64,000 nucleotides of DNA from Desulfobacterales bacterium (GTDB lineage Bacteria > Desulfobacterota > Desulfobacteria > Desulfobacterales > UBA5852), in NCBI GenBank assembly GCA_963674755.2, contig CAXXVS010000002.1, positions 1,920,001 to 1,984,000 of the forward strand, read 5' to 3'. The notes beneath the pieces were generated by a model. It was not told the DNA's origin. It did no database searches and saw only the letters and a list, made by a program, of their open reading frames with translations. This document shows, piece by piece, positions 38,012 to 47,715 of the stretch (positions within the stretch are counted from its first letter, which is position 1; every line of letters begins with the position of its first letter). The translations under genes were made by a program, and so were the position numbers.

Positions 38012-39034
38012 ATGTTCAAAAAAGCGGGGGCCATCCTTTTCGCTCTGGCCTTTGTCGGAATCGGAATCGCCGGCCTGCTCTATATGCATCTCATGTCCTG
38101 GGCACAGCAGCCGGCGGGGACGGTCGCAACCGAAAAGCTGTTCGCCATCGCCCCCGGACAGGGTCTGCGTAAGATCGCCGATGGCTTGCAGCAGGAGGGC
38201 TTGGTTGGGGATGCCCTGCGTTTTACCATCCTGGCCCGGCTCTCCGGGCAAGACAAGCTGATCAAGGCGGGCGAGTATGCCTTGGCAGCCACCATGACCC
38301 CCCATGAAATCCTGGGCCAGATGGTGGCGGGCCGGGTTCACCTCTACCGGCTCACGATTCCGGAAGGGTTTAATCTGCATCAAATTGCCGCCGCCGTCGC
38401 GGCCGCCGGTCTGGCATCGGAGGCGGACTTCCTGGCCACCGCCCGCAATCCGCAAACCGCCGAAGCCTTGGGCATTCCGGGCAAGACCGTGGAGGGATAC
38501 CTGTTCCCCGACACTTACTATTTCCCACGGGGAATGAACTGCACCGCCATCATCACCACCATGGTCAGGCGCTTCGAGACGGCTTTTACGCCGGAATGGC
38601 ATCAACGGGCGGAAGCGCTGGGCCTGAGCGTGCACCAGGTGGTCACCCTGGCTTCCATCATCGAGAAAGAGACCGGGGTTCCCGAGGAACGCCCCCTGAT
38701 CGCCTCGGTTTTTCATAACCGCCTGCGCAAGGGTATGCGTCTGGAAACCGATCCCACCGTCATCTATGGGATCACGGATTTCGACGGCAACCTGACCCGC
38801 AAGCATCTGCGCACCATGACGCCCTACAACACCTATCTCATCAAGGGACTGCCGCCCGGCCCCATCGCCAGCCCGGGGCGGGCCGCCCTGGAAGCCGCCC
38901 TCTATCCGGCCGATACCGACTACCTGTTCTTTGTGGCCCGCAGGGACGGCACCCACCAGTTCTCAAGCACCCTGGCAGAGCACCAGAAGGCGGTCCGCAA
39001 ATACCAGTTGCACCGCAGAGGGAAATCATCGTAA
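38012..39034 (+). CDS. mltG: Endolytic transglycosylase MltG
   Basis: EGYLFPDTY, LASIIEKET, DPTVIYG, PYNTY..GLPPGPI. Confidence 0.96.
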   Translation: MFKKAGAILFALAFVGIGIAGLLYMHLMSWAQQPAGTVATEKLFAIAPGQGLRKIADGLQQEGLVGDALRFTILARLSGQDKLIKAGEYALAATMTPHEILGQMVAGRVHLYRLTIPEGFNLHQIAAAVAAAGLASEADFLATARNPQTAEALGIPGKTVEGYLFPDTYYFPRGMNCTAIITTMVRRFETAFTPEWHQRAEALGLSVHQVVTLASIIEKETGVPEERPLIASVFHNRLRKGMRLETDPTVIYGITDFDGNLTRKHLRTMTPYNTYLIKGLPPGPIASPGRAALEAALYPADTDYLFFVARRDGTHQFSSTLAEHQKAVRKYQLHRRGKSS

Positions 39035-39099
39035 GGGCGCTATCCTGGATTTCGCCGCCGTAAATCCAAAACCACCATGGAGCGAACCCCATACACCTT

Positions 39100-40092
39100 A
39101 TGACGATCGACACCTTTTCCGATGAACAACTGGCCGGCCAACGCCTGGTGGCGGGCTTCGAAGGACAGACCTTCAACGACGATCTGCGGGTCCTGATCGG
39201 CGATCTCGCCGTGGGCGGCTTGATTTTGTTTTCGCCCAACATCGCCGATCCGGACCAACTCCAGCGTCTCTGCCACGACTGCCAGGCCTATGCCGCCCGC
39301 TGCGGCCAGCCGCCCCTGATCATCGCCGTGGACCAGGAGGGGGGCATCGTGGCCCGCCTGAAAGCCCCCCACTTCACCGAGTTCGCCGGCAACCCCGCCA
39401 TGCGGGATGTGGCCGATGCCCGGACCTTCGCCCGCACCACGGCCCGGGAACTGTCCGCCGCCGGGATCAACATGGACATGGCCCCGGTCATGGACGTGGC
39501 CCCTGAGGATCTCTCCGGCATCATGGCCGACCGGGTCTTCGGCAGCCGCCCCGACCATGTGGCCCGCATGGGCACCGCCCTGATCGAAACCTTGCAGGCC
39601 GGCGGGGTGATGGCCGTGGCCAAGCACTTTCCCGGCATCGGGCGCACCGCGCTGGATTCCCACCTGGATCTGCCCGCCTTCGGCGAAGATCTGGCCGCCA
39701 TGGAAGATGTGGACCTGCCCCCCTTCCGGGCCGCCATCAATCAAAAGGTGGCCGGAATCATGCTCTCCCACATCCTCTATACCCGAATCGACCCCCACTG
39801 GCCGGCCAGCCTCTCGCCGCGCATCGCCCGGGACCTGCTGCGCAATCGCATGGGCTACCAGGGTGTCACCCTTACGGACGATCTGGACATGGGCGCCATC
39901 GTGCGCCATTTCGACATCCGCACCGTCATCCGCCAAGTCATGGCCGCCGAGGTGGATATCGCCCTGATCTGCCACAAGGGACCCCGCATCCGGGAGGGCT
40001 GGGAAGAAATGCGGGACCAGACCCGCCAGCATCCCGAACTGGCCCGCGTTTCGGTGCAGCGCATCCTGGCACTGAAAAACGCCTACCGCTGA
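39100..40092 (+). CDS. nagZ: Beta-N-acetylhexosaminidase (GH3)
   Basis: VDQEGG.V.R, KHFPGIG...DSH, TDDLDMGA. Confidence 0.92.
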   Translation: MTIDTFSDEQLAGQRLVAGFEGQTFNDDLRVLIGDLAVGGLILFSPNIADPDQLQRLCHDCQAYAARCGQPPLIIAVDQEGGIVARLKAPHFTEFAGNPAMRDVADARTFARTTARELSAAGINMDMAPVMDVAPEDLSGIMADRVFGSRPDHVARMGTALIETLQAGGVMAVAKHFPGIGRTALDSHLDLPAFGEDLAAMEDVDLPPFRAAINQKVAGIMLSHILYTRIDPHWPASLSPRIARDLLRNRMGYQGVTLTDDLDMGAIVRHFDIRTVIRQVMAAEVDIALICHKGPRIREGWEEMRDQTRQHPELARVSVQRILALKNAYR

Positions 40093-40161
40093 TAACCGGT
40101 CCGTGGTCATGGCTTAGGGCCGGATGCCGGACAGATGCGGCCAAACACCGTGCCCGTTGCC

Positions 40162-40230
40162 GAAATCGAAATCGGAATCGGAATCGAATCCGTCGAAAAC
40201 ACGATTTGGATAGCGATTTCGAATCCCGAT
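40162..40230. repeat. Short (GAAATC/GGAATC)n tract with inverted copies
   Basis: GAAATCGAAATCGGAATCGGAATCGAATC followed by GATTTGGATAGCGATTTCG in a convergent intergenic region. Confidence 0.55.
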
Positions 40231-40381
40231 GCCGTCGAAGGCCTGTTGTGGAAACCGCAGGCACACGCGAGGCTATCGAACGTTTAGCGTGAGGGTGACC
40301 GACGGAAGGGGCAAGAGGGGAAAAAGCTGGCGAAAGGTGCCCGATCCAAAGATGAAGATTTTTTTATCCTGTTTCTGAACA

Positions 40382-40864
40382 TCACAGCGCGCGGAGGAAG
40401 GTCGACGTCTCTCCGCGGGCGCTTTTTACCACCAGCTCATTTTGCTTAAAGGTCACAATCCTGCCCGTCGTCGTCCTGTCGAGCAACCGTTCGTCTTCAG
40501 CGCTGTCAATGCTCAGCGTGATAGCCTGGCCCTGGACGGTCCAGGTACCCCGAATCGTTCCCGTGGTCCCCTGGTCGAGGGTGTTGCTGATAAATCCCAT
40601 GGGCCGCACCAGCGCCGTGAACCCGCCGTCCGCCCGGAAGCTGATGGACTCTTTTGTTGCGCCGACCGTGCCTTGCCAGTCCCCCACCAGGTTGGTCGCA
40701 TATTGGGACTCGGGGATCGGCGCGCCATCCCGCTCACAGGAAGAGAGCCCCAACACGAGCAGCACCAACAGCAGAGGCCCGAGCATCAACCCCGGAAGAG
40801 ATTTGGGAAAGGCTCCGAACAATTGCCGAAGGTGGGCCTGAGATAATAATTTGCTTTTCAACAT
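40382..40864 (-). CDS. Hypothetical lipoprotein (beta-rich)
   Basis: Hydrophobic stretch ending LSSC (lipobox), LVGDWQG, GTW; GAGGAGG RBS. Confidence 0.7.
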   Translation of the reverse strand: MLKSKLLSQAHLRQLFGAFPKSLPGLMLGPLLLVLLVLGLSSCERDGAPIPESQYATNLVGDWQGTVGATKESISFRADGGFTALVRPMGFISNTLDQGTTGTIRGTWTVQGQAITLSIDSAEDERLLDRTTTGRIVTFKQNELVVKSARGETSTFLRAL

Positions 40865-40936
40865 GCCGATCACCCCTCCTCTATGATTCAGTACCCCTTT
40901 AGAAATGGCTTCTTTCGGCCCCTGACGAACACGATT

Positions 40937-41224
40937 CAGTGCCCCTCCAGAGGTGGTAGATTTTGGTTCCTGGTCCCGCCGCACAGCGCGGGATTTCAGG
41001 CCTGAGCTTAAAAACTGCGGTGTTCAACAAAGCCGCAGCCGACGGGCGTCCCGCCGAGCGGGACTTCCCATCTGATTGCGTCTTCAACGGTGGGTGCCCA
41101 CAGGCGTAGCCGGCTACGCCGAGGACCGACAGGCGGCGAGAACGCCCGCCTGTCCGCCAAAGGTGGATTTGGTCCACCGGCGGCGGGCCAGGGGCCAAAA
41201 GATGCCATCTATGGATGGGCACTA
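40937..41224 (-). repeat. Palindromic MITE-like element, copy B (long form)
   Basis: Terminal repeats AGTGCCCCTCCAGAGGTGG / CCATCTATGGATGGGCACT; begins at the tsaD TAG; a truncated opposite-orientation end lies at about 40889-40927. Confidence 0.85.
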
Positions 41225-42220
41225 AAGCGGAACCCGCGAATAGACGTCATCATCCAGCTTCCCACGCCGCCCCCGCTTCAACTGGTGGTACCCCGCCGCC
41301 GCGATCATGGCGGCGTTGTCGCCGCACAGCTCCAGCCCCGGAATGTGGACGGCCATTCCCTGCGCGGCACCGGCCTGGCGCACCCGTTCCCGCAGGCGGC
41401 GGTTGGCGGCCACGCCGCCCACCACCACCACGTGGCGGCTCCCCTTGTCCCGGGCGGCCTGGATGAGTTTGTAAGTCAGGACGTCGATCACGGCTTCCTG
41501 GAACCCGGCCGCCACGTCGGCCACCTGGCCGGCCATGCCCTCCGGATCGCCCTGCACCAGGCGGTTTACGGCGGACTTGATGCCGCTGAAGCTGAAGTCG
41601 AACCCGTTGCGGTCCAGAAAGGGCCGTTTGAAGGGAATCCGGGTGGGATCGCCCTGGTGGGCCAGGTCGTCGATGACCTTGCCGCCGGGGTAGCCCAGGC
41701 CGAGCACCTTGGCGACTTTGTCATAGGCTTCCCCGGCCGCGTCGTCCCGGGTCTGGCCCATGCGTTCCATGGCGGTATAACCGGTGACATGGTAGATAGC
41801 GGTGTGCCCTCCCGAAGCCAGCAAGGCGCAAAACGGGAAAGACGGCGGATCGTCTTCCAGGAAGACGGACAGGATGTGGCCCTCCAGGTGGTTGACCCCC
41901 ACCCAGGGGATGTCCAGCCCGTAGGCCAGGGCCTTGGCAAAAGAGTAGCCCACCAGGAGGGACCCCACCAGGCCGGGCCCCTGGGTCACGGCCACGGCGT
42001 CGATCGCCTCCCGGGCCAGACCAGCCTGGGCTAAGGTCTCCCGCACCACCGGCAAAATGGCCTCGATGTGCTTGCGCGAGGCCAGCTCCGGCACCACGCC
42101 GCCGAACCTGTGGTGGACATCCACCTGGGAGGCCACCACCGATGACAGCACCCGTTGCCCGTCTTCCACCACCGCCGCCGCGGTCTCGTCACAGGAGGAT
42201 TCAATCCCCAGAATCTTCAT
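41222..42220 (-). CDS. tsaD: tRNA N6-threonylcarbamoyladenosine synthesis protein TsaD
   Basis: ILGIESSCDET, GGVVPELASRKH, HLEGH, SGGHT, DDAAGEAYDK, DNAAMIA. Confidence 0.97.
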   Translation of the reverse strand: MKILGIESSCDETAAAVVEDGQRVLSSVVASQVDVHHRFGGVVPELASRKHIEAILPVVRETLAQAGLAREAIDAVAVTQGPGLVGSLLVGYSFAKALAYGLDIPWVGVNHLEGHILSVFLEDDPPSFPFCALLASGGHTAIYHVTGYTAMERMGQTRDDAAGEAYDKVAKVLGLGYPGGKVIDDLAHQGDPTRIPFKRPFLDRNGFDFSFSGIKSAVNRLVQGDPEGMAGQVADVAAGFQEAVIDVLTYKLIQAARDKGSRHVVVVGGVAANRRLRERVRQAGAAQGMAVHIPGLELCGDNAAMIAAAGYHQLKRGRRGKLDDDVYSRVPL

Positions 42221-42289
42221 ACACCCATCACTCCCATCAGGGGTTTTTCATCCGCCGGCAACCAACACCCCCGGCCATGCCCTTCCCTG

Positions 42290-43864
42290 TCAGCTGTCGG
42301 ATTTTTCAGGGGCTTCTTCGCTTTTATCGGCCGCCCCGGTGTCTTTGGTATCATCCATCCGTCCCAAATATTTGGGAAGCTCAAGCCCCGCCATTTCGGC
42401 GATATCATGCAGCGGCGGCAGACTCTTCACGATCCCCGACAAAAAATTGGCCGTGGTGGTGCTGCCATTGCCGGTCTGACCGCCGTCCCAGACCGTGATC
42501 TTGTCGATTTTCAGGTTCTTGACGGCTTCCACCTGCATCTGGACCATCTGCTCAATCTTTTCAATCATCAAAAGCGTTGCCGCCGCGCGCGCATCGCCCT
42601 GGCAGCTCTGGACGAGTTCGGCATAACCGGAGGCCTTGCTCTCCAGCACCTGTTTGATGCCCCGGGCCTCGGCTTCGTATTTGAGAAGAACGGCATCGGC
42701 TTCGCCTTTGGCTTCGCGGCGCCGCTTTTCGGCCTCTGCTTCGGCCGCAATTTCGATCTCGCGTTTCTCGATCTCCCGCTTGACGATCTCCTCGGCATTG
42801 AGGCGCTCCAATTCGGATCGGTATTGGGCCTTCTGGATCTCGACCAGGGCGTCGCGCTTGGCCACCTCGCCGAGCTTGTCGGCTTCGGCGCGTTTGACGG
42901 CCAATTCCGCTTCCGCATCGGCAATCGCGGCCTTGGCCTTGTTTTCGCCCGCAATGGCCGTGGCTTCCTGCTCCTGCACATAAATGCGCTTGTCGGCATC
43001 GGCGTGCTTGCGGCCTTTCTCGGCCTCGGCCAGGTTTTCGGCCACCTTGATTTCCTTCTCCTTATCGGCGACCGCCTCCCCGATGGTGGCGGCCGATTCC
43101 TGCTGCTGGACGAAGATGCGCTGGTCCGCTTCCGCCTTTTTCTTGCCCTTCTCGGCCTCGGCCACGTTTTCGGCCACCTTGATTTCCTTCTCCTTGGACG
43201 CCATGGCCTGGCCGATCGCGCCGTGCTTCTCCTGTTCGGCCACGTCGATCTTGGCCTGGTTGATGGCTTCGGCCGCGGCCTTCTTGCCGATGCTTTCGAT
43301 GTAGTCCGATGAATCGGTGATGTCGGTGATATTGACGTTGATCAGGTAGAGTCCGATCTTGTTCAGCTCCGGGGCGACGTTCTTGCGGATTTCCTCCAGG
43401 AAGCGTTCCCGGTCCTGATTGATCTGCTCGATGGTGAGCGAAGCCACGGTGAGGCGCAACTGGCCGAAAATGATCTCCTTAGCCATTTCCTCGATCTCCT
43501 GCTGGGGCAGGTTGAGGAGCCGTTCGGCCGCGTTGTTCATAATCCCGGGTTCTGTACTGACCCCCACCGTAAAGGTGCTCGGCACGTTGATCCGGATATT
43601 TTGCTGGGAGAGGGCGTTTTGCAGGGGAATATTGATGGTCATGGGGGTCAGGTCCATAAAAGCGTAATCCTGGATCAACGGCCAGACCAAGGTGCCGCCG
43701 CCATGGATGCAGTCCGCCGACTGACCGCCCCCCACCTTGCCGAAGATCACCAGAATCTGGTCTGAAGGGCAGCGCTTGTAGCGCGAGGCCAGAAACACCA
43801 GCGTCATCGTCACGAGCAGAACAAACGCAATGATTACAATGGCCCAGAAACCGAGTGCTTCCAT
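42290..43864 (-). CDS. Flotillin-like SPFH domain protein
   Basis: N-terminal TM, SPFH domain, long AEA-rich coiled coil. Confidence 0.92.
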   Translation of the reverse strand: MEALGFWAIVIIAFVLLVTMTLVFLASRYKRCPSDQILVIFGKVGGGQSADCIHGGGTLVWPLIQDYAFMDLTPMTINIPLQNALSQQNIRINVPSTFTVGVSTEPGIMNNAAERLLNLPQQEIEEMAKEIIFGQLRLTVASLTIEQINQDRERFLEEIRKNVAPELNKIGLYLINVNITDITDSSDYIESIGKKAAAEAINQAKIDVAEQEKHGAIGQAMASKEKEIKVAENVAEAEKGKKKAEADQRIFVQQQESAATIGEAVADKEKEIKVAENLAEAEKGRKHADADKRIYVQEQEATAIAGENKAKAAIADAEAELAVKRAEADKLGEVAKRDALVEIQKAQYRSELERLNAEEIVKREIEKREIEIAAEAEAEKRRREAKGEADAVLLKYEAEARGIKQVLESKASGYAELVQSCQGDARAAATLLMIEKIEQMVQMQVEAVKNLKIDKITVWDGGQTGNGSTTTANFLSGIVKSLPPLHDIAEMAGLELPKYLGRMDDTKDTGAADKSEEAPEKSDS

Positions 43865-43975
43865 AGATCCTCCTGTTGATGGGTGCCGAGCGCAACGGCT
43901 GAAAGGCCCGGGCAGATGATCCGCATTAGGTGTTTTCCCGCACCAGGGGTCTCCCGTTCACAACGCGTGCCGCCT

Positions 43976-44557
43976 TCAAATCGGCTCCACGACCAGGACG
44001 TTCCCGTCGACCCAGACAACACGTACCGGCTTCCCGGTCTCGATGGGCTGCTTGTCCTGGGAACTGGCGTCGTATTCGCGCAGACTGTTGCGCACACTGA
44101 TCAATACGCGCCCCGTGCCGTTCGACGGAATCGTCAGATAGACCTTGCCCTGGGCACCAACCGTGCTCTCGATGGAAATCGTCCCGCTGGACTGCAGGCG
44201 GACAACCATCCTGAACATCTTGGCGATGACCCAGACCGATGCCAGGCCGGCGGCCAATCCGCCGATCATGGAGACCAGCATGCCCATGCGGCTTTCATGG
44301 TAGAACGCCATCCCCACCAGGCCGAACATCATGAGGAATGAGGTGATGCCCTGCAGCGACAGCAGCTTGAAGCCCACATCGGAATCCGCGTGATGGCCGT
44401 CCAGATCGGGTCCGCCGACCGTCCCATCGCCGGCGTCCCCGTCATGGAAACCGAACAGCAGCAGGACGAACCGGATGCCGACAAAAGCGCCGCCAACCAC
44501 CGCGCATATCAGGAAGAACACCTCAACGCCGTTAAACTGCGAAAAGTAGGCTGCCAT
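43976..44557 (-). CDS. NfeD-like membrane protein (flotillin partner)
   Basis: TM helices; C-terminal OB-fold G.VYLTIP..GRV..VRVV..LVVEP. Confidence 0.85.
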   Translation of the reverse strand: MAAYFSQFNGVEVFFLICAVVGGAFVGIRFVLLLFGFHDGDAGDGTVGGPDLDGHHADSDVGFKLLSLQGITSFLMMFGLVGMAFYHESRMGMLVSMIGGLAAGLASVWVIAKMFRMVVRLQSSGTISIESTVGAQGKVYLTIPSNGTGRVLISVRNSLREYDASSQDKQPIETGKPVRVVWVDGNVLVVEPI

Positions 44558-44792
44558 GGTCCATCTCCTTCGTTGTTCATCGGAATGGGGGCCGGTTCAC
44601 TTCGATCGGGAGGTGCGAACGGATCCCGTGACGCGGCTTTGGTCATGTTTGTTGCAAGTAGGCAATCGGGCTTGGCGAATAGTTTTAGATGGCGTGTTAT
44701 GAAAGGATCACAGGGTATGTTGAACGGTTATGCTTTCCTCCAAGACGCTATTGATGTTTGGGGTCCCGACCGGGAGCCTGTGGTTTAATCCC

Positions 44793-44897
44793 TCACCCCT
44801 GGCAGGGCGGCATCTGGGCCGCCCCCTTGGCGAGCCAGTCCAGGAGCCGCTTGAGCCAACCCGGACCGGCGTTTTCTTTACTGGGCGCGGCAGGCAT
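44793..44897 (-). CDS. Possible 34-aa small protein
   Basis: MPAAPSKENAGPGWLKRLLDWLAKGAAQMPPCQG*; overlaps the purM 3' end; amphipathic helix. Confidence 0.35.
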   Translation of the reverse strand: MPAAPSKENAGPGWLKRLLDWLAKGAAQMPPCQG

Positions 44898-45945
44898 CGT
44901 GTTCCACCCATTCGATACGGGGACCGGCATCCGGCCGTTTGATGATCTCGCCAATGACCGATACCGCTTCCCCCATGCCTTGCAGGCGCCCCACTACGTC
45001 CGCCACGGATGTTTCGGGCACCACCGCGATCATCCCGATGCCGTTGTTGAAGGTGCGCTTCATTTCGCGGTCGGCGATGCGGCCGGCGTTCTGCAAGAAA
45101 GGGAAAATGGGGGGGATTTCCCAACTGCCCTCGAACATGCGGATACCGCAGGATTCCGGGATGATGCGCACCACATTCTCCGAAATGCCGCCGCCGGTGA
45201 TGTGGGCCAGGCCCTTGAGGGGCAGATCCCGGTGAAGACTTTCGATGGCGGCGGCATAGATGCGGGTGGGGGTGAGCAGTTCCTCCCCGATGGTGCGTCC
45301 CAGTTCCGGCACATGGGTGCCCACATCCATTTTGAGAACGTCGAACACGATCTTGCGCACCAGGGAGTAGCCGTTGCTGTGCAGCCCGCTGGAGGCGATG
45401 CCCACGAGGCTGTCGCCCCGGCGAATCTCGCTGCCGTCGATGATTTTGGCATTGTCCACCAGGCCCACTGCGAAGCCGGCCAGATCGTACTCGTTGTCCG
45501 CATAAAATCCCGGCATTTCGGCGGTTTCGCCGCCGATCAGGGCGCACCCGGCCTGGCGGCAGCCTTCCCCGACGCCGCTGATCACGGCTTCGGCGATCCC
45601 TTCATCCAGTCGACCGGTGGAGAAGTAATCCAGGAAGAACAGCGGCCGGGCCCCCTGGACGATGATGTCGTTGACGCTCATGGCCACCAGGTCGATCCCC
45701 ACCGTGTCGTGGCGGCCCGTGAGAAAGGCGATCTTGAGTTTGGTGCCCACCCCGTCGGTGGAACTCACCAGCACGGGCTTCTCCATCTGGGCCACGTTGA
45801 GCGAAAACATGCCGCCGAAGCCGCCGATATCGCCCATGACACCGGGTCGGGCGGTGGATTTGGCGATGGCTTTGATCCGATCCACCAGGCGGTTGGCCTT
45901 GTCGATATCCACGCCGGCCGCGGCGTAAGTCAATTCTTCCGTCAT
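44878..45945 (-). CDS. purM: Phosphoribosylformylglycinamidine cyclo-ligase
   Basis: YAAAGVDI, TDGVGTK, GGETAEMPG, SSGLHSNGYSL, HITGGG. Confidence 0.97.
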   Translation of the reverse strand: MTEELTYAAAGVDIDKANRLVDRIKAIAKSTARPGVMGDIGGFGGMFSLNVAQMEKPVLVSSTDGVGTKLKIAFLTGRHDTVGIDLVAMSVNDIIVQGARPLFFLDYFSTGRLDEGIAEAVISGVGEGCRQAGCALIGGETAEMPGFYADNEYDLAGFAVGLVDNAKIIDGSEIRRGDSLVGIASSGLHSNGYSLVRKIVFDVLKMDVGTHVPELGRTIGEELLTPTRIYAAAIESLHRDLPLKGLAHITGGGISENVVRIIPESCGIRMFEGSWEIPPIFPFLQNAGRIADREMKRTFNNGIGMIAVVPETSVADVVGRLQGMGEAVSVIGEIIKRPDAGPRIEWVEHDACRAQ

Positions 45946-46183
45946 GATCTGTTCTCCTGAACCCGGCAAGTTGCAAGAGCCTCCAAGGGCTCGATATCCC
46001 TTCCTGATATGCCAAAACAATTTTTTTGACAAGCCCCCGGCGATATTGTAACTCACTTCTCACAAGGTCACGATTGGTGCTCACATCGCCAAGGCCCGCC
46101 CTGCCCCCTGGCGTATTTCCGACGACCTGACGCGTCCGGCATCCGGCACTGCCCCTCAGGTCGTATTCCCCAAGAGGTGAACA

Positions 46184-47353
46184 ATGACGCGCTTTGCCCG
46201 CCTGGATCGCCTGCCGCCCTATGTTTTTGCCACGGTCAACGAATTGAAAATGGAGTGCCGCCGTGCCGGTGAAGACATCATCGACATGGGCATGGGCAAC
46301 CCCGACCTCTCCACGCCCCCCCATATCGTCGCCAAGATGGTGGAGGCCGCCCAGAAACCCCACAACCACCGCTACTCGGCCTCCATGGGCATCACCCGGC
46401 TGCGCAGTGCCATTGCCGACTGGTACGGGCGCCGCTTCGATGTGGACATCGATCCGGAGCGCGAAGCCATCGTCACCATCGGCGTCAAGGAAGGCATGTC
46501 CCACCTCGTGCTGGTCACCATCCGCCCCGGCGACGTGGTCTTCACCCCCACCCCCACCTACCCCATCCATCCCTATTCCGCCATTATCGCCGGCGGCGAC
46601 GTGCGCGGCATCCCGGTGGGGCCGGGCAACGATTTTTTCGCCAACCTGGTGGAGGCCACCCGCCAGACCTGGCCCAAGCCCAAAGTCCTGATCATCAGCT
46701 ACCCCCACAACCCCACCACCGAGGTGGTGGATCTGGATTTCTTTGAAAAAATCGTGGCCTACGCCAAAGAGCACGATATCATGGTCATCCATGATTTCGC
46801 CTATGCCGATCTGACCTTCGACGGCTACCAGGCCCCCAGCTTTATGCAGGCCGAGGGCGCCCGGGACGTGGGGGTGGAATTCTTCTCCCTGTCCAAGAGC
46901 TACAGCATGCCCGGTTGGCGGGTGGGTTTCTGCGTGGGCAACCCCGAGATCATCTTCGCCCTGAAGCGCATCAAAAGCTATCTGGATTATGGTATTTTCC
47001 AGCCCATCCAGATCGCTTCCATCATCGCCCTGAACGAAGACCAGAGCTGTGTCGCCGACATCCGGGACATCTACCGCGAGCGCCGGGACGCGCTCATCGC
47101 CGGCCTGGGCCGGATCGGCTGGGAGATCCCCTCCCCCAAAGGCACCATGTTCGTGTGGGCCCGCATTCCCGAGCAGTTCCGCCATATGGGATCGGTGGAG
47201 TTTTCCAAATTCCTCATCCGGGAGGCCAAAGTGGCGGTTTCCCCGGGGCTGGGTTTCGGCAGCTACGGGGACGATTTCGTGCGCTTCGCGCTGATCGAAA
47301 ATGCCATGCGCATCAACCAGGCCGTGCGGGGTATCCGCACGATCATGAAATAA
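46184..47353 (+). CDS. Class I/II PLP aminotransferase (AlaC/DapL-like)
   Basis: [35 protein letters not shown]. Confidence 0.92.
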   Translation: MTRFARLDRLPPYVFATVNELKMECRRAGEDIIDMGMGNPDLSTPPHIVAKMVEAAQKPHNHRYSASMGITRLRSAIADWYGRRFDVDIDPEREAIVTIGVKEGMSHLVLVTIRPGDVVFTPTPTYPIHPYSAIIAGGDVRGIPVGPGNDFFANLVEATRQTWPKPKVLIISYPHNPTTEVVDLDFFEKIVAYAKEHDIMVIHDFAYADLTFDGYQAPSFMQAEGARDVGVEFFSLSKSYSMPGWRVGFCVGNPEIIFALKRIKSYLDYGIFQPIQIASIIALNEDQSCVADIRDIYRERRDALIAGLGRIGWEIPSPKGTMFVWARIPEQFRHMGSVEFSKFLIREAKVAVSPGLGFGSYGDDFVRFALIENAMRINQAVRGIRTIMK

Positions 47354-47553
47354 TATCTGGCCAGGAGTGGCATCTTTGGGCCCCGGCTCCGCCGCCGGTG
47401 GACCGGGCTCCCGAACGAGGATATATCCACCTTTGGCGGACAAGGCGGCGTTCTCACTCTTAGGAAATCCTCGCCGTAGCTCGGCTACGCCTCCGGTTTC
47501 CTAATCGCTGCGGCCTTGGCCGGAACCCAAATCTACCACTCCTGGCCAGATAT
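47353..47553 (+). repeat. Palindromic MITE-like element, copy D
   Basis: Perfect 18-bp terminal inverted repeat ATATCTGGCCAGGAGTGG; same core; starts at the aminotransferase TAA. Confidence 0.82.
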
Positions 47554-47715
47554 ACGATAGACGCTAACGCAAAAACACCATTCGCCGGTTTCCCCGGGGA
47601 GGGAAATCTGTTAAAGGTGGGCCGTTTTAATGGATGGATCCCGCATCCGATAGGAGCCAACAGGAAGCACCGGTCGATCGCGCGGTGCGTTGCCGGATAG
47701 AGAGGAGCAACAGGG

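Noticed and set aside
44600..44877. Possible 6S or other ncRNA between purM and nfeD
   Set aside because: No recognisable long rod with central bubble or consensus motif.
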